From a bacterium (lineage in GTDB: Bacteria; Patescibacteriota; Minisyncoccia; Phycocordibacterales; UBA5272): a DNA stretch of 61,506 bases. The notes below the pieces were generated by a model. The model had not been told where the DNA came from. It saw only the letters and a list, made by a program, of their open reading frames with translations, and made no database searches. The position numbers and the translations under genes are program-made. Every line of letters starts with the position of its first letter. Positions within the stretch are counted from its first letter, which is position 1. The stretch is from contig JAYSUJ010000038.1 in the NCBI GenBank assembly GCA_043719155.1, positions 1 through 61,506 of the forward strand. Reading direction: 5' to 3'. Below, one piece after another: positions 54,450 through 61,506 of this stretch.

Positions 54450-55540
54450 AAGCAACACTGACCAAACAAGAATGGGAAAACTGGAAAGAGCAGGAATTTT
54501 TGGTTATCAAACAAATACTCAAAACAAAAGAGATAATTCTAGACGAAAACCAAAACCATATATCTGGTGAGAGGTTTTTAATGAGCGGCAAAAAACTAGT
54601 ACTGCAAGGTTTACACTCTCCTACAGCAAAAAAAGTAATAGTAAAGTATAGTAGTGACCCAGAGTCGACCGAAGAGATTGTGGACGAAAGAAGGAGAAAG
54701 AAAAACCTCGAAGAAATTCATTTTGGCTACAAATCAATTTATTTCCCTGTCGAGATATTTTACGAAGAAACTAAAATTTATACTATTTTAATTACTGAAT
54801 ATATCGAACAACCTGAGGTTATCATCAAACTTCCAATTCAAGAACAATTTTTTCTGAGTTTGAAAGCCCTCGAGGCTTTTGAAGGTGTTCACAGTGTTGT
54901 AACTTCTCACTCCAAAGCTCTCTCACAGCTTCAGGAACCATTTTCCGCTAAAAAATATTTATCTGAGTTTATGAAGATGTTTCAGGAAACACAAGTAAAC
55001 ATTCCAGATTTGATAGAAACCTTATCCGCACTTCAAAGCGCAAAAAAGTTTTTAGAAGAAAACAAGCCACTTATAGATAAGTATTGTGATTTTTTAACCC
55101 ATAACGACTTTGTTCCACACAATATGAGGATAATGAATAACGACATTGTTGTACTAGACCACTCCTCCCTGATTGTTGGAAATAAATATGAAAGCTGGGC
55201 TCGATACCTAAATTTCATGGTTTTGTATAGCCCGGAATTGGAAAACCTACTTTCTTCTCATGTAAAAAAAAATCGCAATGACGACGAGTACCTAATGTTG
55301 CGAGTTATGCGCGCTTACAAAATCTCATTTCTGATAAACTTTTATTCAAAAGCCATCAATAAAACTGAGGGGGGACTACACATTATTACAAGCAACCGAC
55401 TAACAATGTGGACAAAAAATCTCCTCTCAATACTGGAGGATACAAAAATTCCTGAGCAACTCACCCTAGAGCATCACAAAATTTTGAATGAGCACAGAAG
55501 TGTAGAAGAAAAAAAACGACACAAAGAAATAAGTGGCTAA
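54446..55540 (+). CDS. Aminoglycoside/choline-kinase-like phosphotransferase
   Basis: HNDFVPHN catalytic loop (HxDxxxxN) followed by VVLDHSS. Confidence 0.6.
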   Translation: MKATLTKQEWENWKEQEFLVIKQILKTKEIILDENQNHISGERFLMSGKKLVLQGLHSPTAKKVIVKYSSDPESTEEIVDERRRKKNLEEIHFGYKSIYFPVEIFYEETKIYTILITEYIEQPEVIIKLPIQEQFFLSLKALEAFEGVHSVVTSHSKALSQLQEPFSAKKYLSEFMKMFQETQVNIPDLIETLSALQSAKKFLEENKPLIDKYCDFLTHNDFVPHNMRIMNNDIVVLDHSSLIVGNKYESWARYLNFMVLYSPELENLLSSHVKKNRNDDEYLMLRVMRAYKISFLINFYSKAINKTEGGLHIITSNRLTMWTKNLLSILEDTKIPEQLTLEHHKILNEHRSVEEKKRHKEISG

Positions 55541-56382
55541 ACCCCTAATTTTTTAAAGTTTTCCATTATCTTTTTGTTGGCAAAAGCAAAAACTTTTTGT
55601 TTGTCGAAACTTAATTTTATTTCATTATAATTTTCATCTGTGACGATACCCCCTGCCTCTAGTATAAAAGACATAGCAAAAAGGATATCAAAAACACTTA
55701 CTTGAGAATAGACGCAAATATCTGCACGCCCACAACCAACGAAACAAAAGTCTAAAGCTGAAGAACCTAAACACTTAAATGTTTTTACTGTAAAAATAAT
55801 TTTTTCATATACATTTACGGCCCATTTTCTCAAGTTGTTTTCACGTCCAGGATGCAAAATAATGGTGGACTTTTCAAGTTGAAAACAATCTGAAGTTGTG
55901 ACCTGAGCACCATTCACAAAAGCTCCCTGTCCCAAATTAACAGAAAACAGTTCATTGGTAATTGGATTAAAAGCTCCTCCGCAAACAATTTGACCATTAG
56001 AAAAAAAAGAAATGCAAACAGCATAATGAGGTATACTTTTTATAAAGTTTGAAGTTCCATCAATAGGGTCTATGCACCAGAATGAATCTTCCACTTTAAA
56101 AACTTCACCACCACTAATCTCCTCTGAATAAATTTTTTCACCTGGGTATACTTCTCCTATTTTACTAGAAATAAAGTCATTTACCATAACGTCCACACTC
56201 GTCACCAAGTCCCTCTCGGAATCATTTTTTTTTTCCACGGAGAAATTCTCCACTTTTTTTTCTAAAAGAATTTTACCTGCGTGTTTTAAAGTTTTTAAAA
56301 CAAAATTATATCTGCCAGAAGCTTCCATATAAATAAAATTATAACATAAAATGAAAATTGAAATATGATATAATAAGCGCAT
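55537..56382 (-). CDS. Inositol monophosphatase-family phosphatase
   Basis: WCIDPIDGTSNF and GSSALDFCFVGCGRAD motifs. Confidence 0.8.
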   Translation of the reverse strand: MRLLYHISIFILCYNFIYMEASGRYNFVLKTLKHAGKILLEKKVENFSVEKKNDSERDLVTSVDVMVNDFISSKIGEVYPGEKIYSEEISGGEVFKVEDSFWCIDPIDGTSNFIKSIPHYAVCISFFSNGQIVCGGAFNPITNELFSVNLGQGAFVNGAQVTTSDCFQLEKSTIILHPGRENNLRKWAVNVYEKIIFTVKTFKCLGSSALDFCFVGCGRADICVYSQVSVFDILFAMSFILEAGGIVTDENYNEIKLSFDKQKVFAFANKKIMENFKKLGV

Positions 56383-57253
56383 GAAAAAGACTGCATTAGT
56401 TACTGGAGGCGCTGGATTTATAGGCTCAAACCTATGTAAAAAACTCCTGAGTGAAAATTACAACGTAGTTTCATTAGATAATTATTTCACCGGATCAGAG
56501 GCAAATCATATCGAGGGGGTTACATACATATCCGGACATACAAAAAACATAGCTGACTTGGTAAAAGTAGAAGTAGTCATAGTCTACCACTTGGGTGAAT
56601 ACTCCAGAGTGGCAGAAAGCATTAACGAGCCTGACACTGTTTTCGATTTAAATTTAACAGGTACCATTGCAGTTTTAGAGTTTTGTAGAAAAAAGGACAT
56701 CAAACTAGTTTACGCAGGTTCTTCAACAAAATTTGGAAAATCTCACGATGGAGAGACAGAGGGTTCAAATCTTTCGCCTTACACATGGGCAAAAGCCACA
56801 CTTACCGATTTAGTTGTTCAATATGGAAAATGGTACAGCTTAAAATACGCAATTGTCTATTTTTATAACGTCTATGGCGAGAAAGAGCTGTCTGGAAAAT
56901 ACGGTACCGCAATTGAGGTTTTCAAACAAAATCATCTAAATGATTTACCTCTACCTGTTCGTTCACCTGGTACACAGACACGAATTTATACAGACGTGAG
57001 GGACACAGTAAACGCAATTGTTTTAGTTGGCGAAAAAGGAGAAGGTGACAATTTTGGAATATCAGCAAAGGAAAGTTTTTCTATTTTAGAAGTCGCAAAA
57101 ATGTTTACTGGCTCGGCTGTAGAAATTTTACCTGAAAGAAAAACCAGCAGAACTGAGTCTATGGTTAATTGTGAGGAGATCGAAAAGCTAGGATGGAAAC
57201 AAAAGTTTTTACTTAAAGACTACATAAAAAATACTGTAGACAAGAAAGGATAG
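56381..57253 (+). CDS. NAD-dependent sugar epimerase/dehydratase (SDR)
   Basis: GGAGFIGSN and YTWAK (YxxxK). TGATATAAT lies 6 nt upstream of the ATG. Confidence 0.8.
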   Translation: MKKTALVTGGAGFIGSNLCKKLLSENYNVVSLDNYFTGSEANHIEGVTYISGHTKNIADLVKVEVVIVYHLGEYSRVAESINEPDTVFDLNLTGTIAVLEFCRKKDIKLVYAGSSTKFGKSHDGETEGSNLSPYTWAKATLTDLVVQYGKWYSLKYAIVYFYNVYGEKELSGKYGTAIEVFKQNHLNDLPLPVRSPGTQTRIYTDVRDTVNAIVLVGEKGEGDNFGISAKESFSILEVAKMFTGSAVEILPERKTSRTESMVNCEEIEKLGWKQKFLLKDYIKNTVDKKG

Positions 57254-58491
57254 TGAGTATGAAGAAAAAGAAGATTTTAATTTTTACCCTCTTTTACTAC
57301 CCCAACCCAGTTTCTGGTGCTGAAGTTGCTGTAAGGGAAATTACTGACAGACTTAAAAATGAAGATTATGAATTCCACGCGTTGACAATGCGAGGCACCA
57401 CTGGGCTAAAAAATTCTTCCCAGGAGGAAAACGTTCTGGTACATAGAATTTTTCCTGGAATAAATACAAAGCCAACCCTTGGTGATTTTGCAAAGTTTCC
57501 CTACAATTTTTACAAAAAATTTTTTCAAATTTTTGCTGGTTTAAAGGCTGTTCAACTGCATTTAAAATATAAGTACGAGGCAATCTGGGTTTTAATGCCC
57601 CACTCTGCTGGTGCCCCAGCTGGATTATTTAATTTATTTTTTCCAAAAATACCTATAATTTTAACCCTGCAAGAGGGTGACCCGATAAACGAAATTGAAA
57701 AAAGTGTTTTACCCCTATGGCCGCTCTTCACTCGTGTTTTTAAAAAAGCTACGGTAGTTCAAGCTATCTCCAGCTATCTCGGTGACTGGGCAAGGGTCAG
57801 AGGCTCGAAATGCCCTATACACGTGATTTATAACGGTGCAAATGAAAACGACTTTAAAGAAAATTTGGATGAGGATCTGATGCAAAAAATGCGTCAAAAA
57901 ATTAGTAAAAAATCTGACGAAGTGATATTGGTTACAGTTTCGAGATTAGTAGAAAAAAATGCTATCGATGATGTTATAAATTCTTTAGTGTATTTACCTA
58001 ATAAAATAAAATTTATTATTGCTGGAGATGGTGAAGACTTGGCTAAACTAACTCAACTAAAAACTAAATTGAAACTAGAAAATAGGGTTACTTTTCTGGG
58101 ACAAATTGACAGGAATGAAACTGCTGTTTTGAGAAGACTCGGGGATATTTTTGTGAGGCCCTCGCGAAGTGAGGGCCTCGGGAACTCTTTCGCTGGAGCT
58201 TTTGCTGCAAAAATACCAGTTATTGCTACCCAAGAAGGAGGCATTGCCGAATTTCTTTTTGATAAAAACAGAAATCCAAAACGGGCAGCCACTGGTTTTG
58301 CTGTCGACAAAAACTCACCTACTCAAATAGCAGACCAAGTCAAGTTTATATTGGCCAATCCAGAAATTACCAAGGAAACGGTAAACAATGCTTACAATTT
58401 AGTACTGGAAAAATACCGTTGGGACAGCATAGCGAAAGAAATGAAAGAAAAAATATTTGATTATGTATTAAAAGGTAAAGTAAAAATATGA
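57253..58491 (+). CDS. GT4-family glycosyltransferase (probable ATG start at 57259)
   Basis: RPSRSEGLGNSFAGAFAAKIPVIAT motif. Confidence 0.8.
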   Translation: MSMKKKKILIFTLFYYPNPVSGAEVAVREITDRLKNEDYEFHALTMRGTTGLKNSSQEENVLVHRIFPGINTKPTLGDFAKFPYNFYKKFFQIFAGLKAVQLHLKYKYEAIWVLMPHSAGAPAGLFNLFFPKIPIILTLQEGDPINEIEKSVLPLWPLFTRVFKKATVVQAISSYLGDWARVRGSKCPIHVIYNGANENDFKENLDEDLMQKMRQKISKKSDEVILVTVSRLVEKNAIDDVINSLVYLPNKIKFIIAGDGEDLAKLTQLKTKLKLENRVTFLGQIDRNETAVLRRLGDIFVRPSRSEGLGNSFAGAFAAKIPVIATQEGGIAEFLFDKNRNPKRAATGFAVDKNSPTQIADQVKFILANPEITKETVNNAYNLVLEKYRWDSIAKEMKEKIFDYVLKGKVKI

Positions 58492-59417
58492 AAAAAGGAG
58501 AAATCTTAAGGGAAAAAAAAATTGGGTTTATTGGCCAAGGTTTTATTGGTAAAAGTTACAGTGACGACTTTGAGTCGAGAGGTTTTCTGGTTGTTAGATA
58601 TTCACTTGACCTAGAATATGTTGGAAACAAAGAAGAACTTCTAAACTGTAAAGTTGTTTTTGTAGCTGTAAATGCAGCAACAAAACCACTTGAAGGACAG
58701 TTGCGGGATGACGGCAACCAGAAGACTTTTTTTGATGACAGTAATATTAAGGCGGTAATACCTTTAACAAAACCAGGTACTGTAATTATTTTAAAATCTA
58801 CCCTACCCCCAGGAAAAACAGTTGAGATTCAAAAACTTTTTCCAGATAGGAAAATTTTTCATTCTCCTGAATTTCTAACAGAAATGACCGCAAAAGATGA
58901 CGCTAAAAAACCTATGCGAAATATTGTTGGTGTGCCGGAAATGTCAGCTGAAAACATAGAAATAGCCAGCGAAATACTGACAATGTTTCCACACTCTGAC
59001 TATCAAAAGGTTTTACCATCTACTGCAGCTGAATTAATAAAATACGGTGCCAACGCTTTTCTATTTGTGAAAATTCTTTTTTCCAATGTTTTTTACGAGC
59101 TTGCCGAAAAACACGGGCAGGATTGGGACATTATAAGGGAGGCAATAGGGGTAGACCCCAGAATAACTCCACATCATATGGACCTACATTTAAAAAATGA
59201 CCCCACAGGAGTTATGAACAGGAGAGGAGCCGGAAGAAGTTGTTTTATAAAAGACATGGCCGAGCTTTCCGAACTTTTTGCCACCGACCTTCCACATGAA
59301 AAAACTAGTTTAGAACTCTTGAGAACCATGGAAAAGAAAAACAGCGAGCTATTACAAAAGTTCAATAGATATTTAAATATTTTAGAAAGTGTTTACGGGG
59401 AAAAGCCGTTGAAGTAA
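58488..59417 (+). CDS. Short UDP-glucose/GDP-mannose dehydrogenase-like protein
   Basis: GFIGQGFIG Rossmann motif, SPEFLTE...PMRNIVG, and the catalytic-Cys loop GAGRSCFIKD. At only 309 aa, the C-terminal nucleotide-sugar domain appears to be missing. Confidence 0.6.
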   Translation: MKKGEILREKKIGFIGQGFIGKSYSDDFESRGFLVVRYSLDLEYVGNKEELLNCKVVFVAVNAATKPLEGQLRDDGNQKTFFDDSNIKAVIPLTKPGTVIILKSTLPPGKTVEIQKLFPDRKIFHSPEFLTEMTAKDDAKKPMRNIVGVPEMSAENIEIASEILTMFPHSDYQKVLPSTAAELIKYGANAFLFVKILFSNVFYELAEKHGQDWDIIREAIGVDPRITPHHMDLHLKNDPTGVMNRRGAGRSCFIKDMAELSELFATDLPHEKTSLELLRTMEKKNSELLQKFNRYLNILESVYGEKPLK

Positions 59418-59432
59418 TTTTGCAAATAAAAA

Positions 59433-59456
59433 GGCGGCTCGCTTGCACTCGCCGCC
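59433..59456 (-). terminator. GC-rich hairpin (GGCGGC...GCCGCC) with a T-run on the minus strand
   Basis: It shares the string AAAAAGGCGGCnCGCTTGC with the terminator at 20119-20140. Confidence 0.5.
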
Positions 59457-59479
59457 TCCCAACATTTGTGCCTTAAATT

Positions 59480-59656
59480 TTACAACCCCATCTTGACCTT
59501 TATCATGTAGATCACCACGCCGAGAACGGCGGAGGCGATCGCCATCATGTAGGACAGGCCAATCATGTTTGACTTTTCAGTCAAAATTGAGTGGACAGAC
59601 AGTGCAAACATGAGTATGCAAAGTCCGACGAGAAAGTGGAAAATCGCGGCAATCAT
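59480..59656 (-). CDS. 58-aa two-TM membrane protein, GC-rich (below the ORF-track cutoff)
   Basis: MIAAIFHFLVGLCILMFALSVHSILTEKSNMIGLSYMMAIASAVLGVVIYMIKVKMGL, with AAGGAG 7 nt upstream of the ATG and a terminator downstream. Confidence 0.55.
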   Translation of the reverse strand: MIAAIFHFLVGLCILMFALSVHSILTEKSNMIGLSYMMAIASAVLGVVIYMIKVKMGL

Positions 59657-59710
59657 GGAATTACTCCTTTGGTTGTTGAGAAATATATTGTAACATAGAA
59701 ATATAGTTTG

Positions 59711-60691
59711 TCAATCTTTTCTGGATGACAAATACGAAGCTATAACAAAAAATAAACCAATCAGACCTGTAACAACTTCTGGTATATGAACAATCAGACT
59801 CAGTAACATACAAAAACCAAGTCCAAAAATTGCCCAGTGGGCACCATGCTCTAAATACTTTAACTCATTCAAGGTTTTTTGTTCTACCATAAGTAGTGTA
59901 AAACTACGCACAAAGTAGGCTCCTATTCCCAACCCCACACCAATTACTAACAGATCTTTAGAAATTGCAAAAGCCCCAATTACTCCATCTAGTGAAAATG
60001 CAGCGTCTAAAATATTTAAATAGATAAATAAAGTTAGCCCTCCTGTGACGACTTTTTCTAAACCTTGACCCATGACATTGGTCACGCCCTGCATTAAAAC
60101 AAATAAAGTTATCCCTACAATACCCGCGACTAAAATCTCTAAAGCGTGTTCCGGGACAAAGTAAGCACACCCAAGTAAAACAAAAAGTGCAAACAATATT
60201 TCCACAGACTCAACACTAGCAAAACTCTTCATTTTTTTCTCAATTTGATGTATCCAATGTACATCTTTAGTGTCGTCTATAAAGTACTTCAAGGCTACAA
60301 GCAATAAGAAAATACCCCCAAATGCCCCGATACTATAATGAGCCTCAGATAGCCGCAAACCATAGCTGGCTGGCTCAAAAATAGCCAAATTTAGGACATT
60401 TAGTATACCTAGTCCAGATACAAGGGAAACTATAACCACAGGCAAAACCACCCTAGTACCAAAGACTGCCAGCCAAATCCCCCAATTAATAAATCTTTTT
60501 TGCCAAACAGGGCTCATTTTTTCTAGAACTTTCGCGTTCACCACTGCATTATCAAAAGAAAGAGTTATCTCTAAAACGATTAAAATTAGAACTGAAAACA
60601 ATGCTTGTGAACCTAGATTGAAGTAAACTAAAGCGACACAAAATAAAGTTAGCACAGTTGGGACCAAAAAAAACTTTTTAAAAATTTGCAT
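59711..60691 (-). CDS. DUF475/TerC-like integral membrane protein
   Basis: Polytopic, with an LSFDNAVVNA motif. Confidence 0.7.
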   Translation of the reverse strand: MQIFKKFFLVPTVLTLFCVALVYFNLGSQALFSVLILIVLEITLSFDNAVVNAKVLEKMSPVWQKRFINWGIWLAVFGTRVVLPVVIVSLVSGLGILNVLNLAIFEPASYGLRLSEAHYSIGAFGGIFLLLVALKYFIDDTKDVHWIHQIEKKMKSFASVESVEILFALFVLLGCAYFVPEHALEILVAGIVGITLFVLMQGVTNVMGQGLEKVVTGGLTLFIYLNILDAAFSLDGVIGAFAISKDLLVIGVGLGIGAYFVRSFTLLMVEQKTLNELKYLEHGAHWAIFGLGFCMLLSLIVHIPEVVTGLIGLFFVIASYLSSRKD

Positions 60692-60724
60692 TTACCTATT
60701 TTATCACATTTCAAGAAACCCGAA

Positions 60725-61369
60725 CTAAAATATACTTACATAATTCATTGGGTCTTTAAATATTTTAGAATTTTTTTCTAAATCATTTATATGCCCATAT
60801 CCGTCAAACCCTTCCCAAGCGTTTGCGCTATCAACAATATCAAAATATTCTTTTGTAATGACTTGGACATGCAAATGTGGAAACCAAAAACCATTTTCTG
60901 ATTTTGTACCTACGACACCTATGACCTCTCCTGCTTTTATAATTCCGTTTTTTCTATAGGAATTTTCAGGCGACAAATGACCATACAAAATGCAAATATC
61001 AAGTTTTTCTACATACCCAATCAACATCTGACCCCAACCATGTTTGAGAGGATAATCATTTTCAATGTGCACTATTTTCATTTCGTGATTTGCATAAATT
61101 TTGGTGCCAGACGGCACATTAAAATCTACCCCCAGATGAATAAAGTTACCAGTTTTTTCTAAATAGCTACCTTTCCATAAAAAAGATCTATTTTCAAGCC
61201 ATCCACCATAGGTAAAGTCTACACTATATTTTTTTGCTGCATAATCTACAACTTTTTGACAGAAATCCGAGTCCAGTAAATCCCCACTCTCAACATTTTC
61301 AACATAACACTTTGCCTCGTCATTCAAATTTACATAAGCAAAAATACTTTTTTCTAAGTCTTTAAACAT
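60725..61369 (-). CDS. M23-family (LytM-type) metallopeptidase domain protein
   Basis: HLGVDF (HxxxD) and PHLHVQV (HxH) motifs. Confidence 0.7.
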   Translation of the reverse strand: MFKDLEKSIFAYVNLNDEAKCYVENVESGDLLDSDFCQKVVDYAAKKYSVDFTYGGWLENRSFLWKGSYLEKTGNFIHLGVDFNVPSGTKIYANHEMKIVHIENDYPLKHGWGQMLIGYVEKLDICILYGHLSPENSYRKNGIIKAGEVIGVVGTKSENGFWFPHLHVQVITKEYFDIVDSANAWEGFDGYGHINDLEKNSKIFKDPMNYVSIF

Positions 61370-61450
61370 AATTTAAAATAATTAAAGTAATAATACTTGC
61401 GAACTTAGCATTAGGCTTGCTCCTTTTTAACAAAATGTTAGACTGTAGTA

Positions 61451-61506
61451 ATGTTTAAAACAGAAAAATTAGTTAACGATCCTAGAGCCATCAAAGCCCT
61501 AACAGG
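61451..61506 (+). CDS. Partial ORF running off the window (MFKTEKLVNDPRAIKALT...)
   Basis: ATG followed by an open frame to the window edge. Too short to assign. Confidence 0.25.
   Translation, partial: MFKTEKLVNDPRAIKALT

Noticed and set aside
59480-60691. Read-through fusion of the DUF475/TerC-like gene (TGA stop at 59711) with the downstream 58-codon ORF, which is in the same frame with no intervening stop
   Set aside because: Only 18 codons separate them, so an open frame is plausible by chance. The small ORF has its own AAGGAG-N7-ATG, and the GC content changes sharply between the two.
1-61506. Genome-wide TGA reassignment (genetic code 4 or 25), suggested by the in-frame TGA at about 3592 and by the rarity of TGA stops
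   Set aside because: Long conserved genes (pilB, pilT, pilC, secD, secF, TerL and the 843/824-aa paralogs) are uninterrupted under the standard code. TGA also terminates 53304..54449 and 57253..58491 at classic ATGA overlaps with the next gene. At most this is a local event in the GIY-YIG gene.
1-61506. CRISPR arrays, rRNA genes, IS elements with terminal inverted repeats
   Set aside because: Reading both strands, I saw no regularly spaced direct repeats, no rRNA-like conserved blocks and no transposase-like ORFs. The only recombinase is the serine integrase.

Overview
This is an AT-rich bacterial chromosomal window of roughly one-third GC by eye. All calls come from reading the sequence and ORF track by hand, so coordinates I derived myself (RNAs, repeats, hairpins, motifs) may be off by 1-2 nt. 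Gene content and expression signals (type IV pilus genes, minimal housekeeping, almost no Shine-Dalgarno sequences, -10 boxes abutting start codons) resemble Patescibacteria/CPR-like genomes. That placement is inference only.

Five blocks:
- (1) 1-13.3 kb: a phage-derived integrative island. It holds a ParB-methylase, TerS-like and TerL genes, a GIY-YIG gene with an in-frame TGA, and a complete diversity-generating retroelement (DGR). The DGR variable protein is an AAA+ ATPase with a hypervariable C-terminal tip, followed by a zincin-like/vWA partner, a large serine recombinase, an orphan gene and tRNA-Tyr.
- (2) 13.7-28 kb: a minus-strand type IV pilus locus (pilC, pilT, pilB, pilM/N/O-like). 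Two large tandem secreted paralogs, a transglutaminase-like protein and a tiny GC-rich gene are inserted in it.
- (3) 28-35.2 kb: housekeeping genes (tRNA-Asp, thioredoxin-like, def, fmt, secDF, NodB deacetylase, tRNA-Asn, prs).
- (4) 35.3-59.4 kb: a glycan biosynthesis and modification island. It has many SAM methyltransferases, GT4 glycosyltransferases, a Wzx-like flippase, epimerases, a kinase, an IMPase and a short UGDH-like gene. It is interrupted by gene remnants, two Fic/Doc-type genes and a tandem pair of divergent SIR2-like proteins.
- (5) 59.4-61.5 kb: a small GC-rich membrane gene, a DUF475/TerC-like gene and an M23 peptidase.

No rRNA genes or CRISPR arrays were seen. The most notable items are the DGR-diversified AAA+/vWA module, the SIR2-like pair, the pilus-locus paralogs with a His/Cys motif, and GC-rich palindromic or repeat insertions inside coding sequences.
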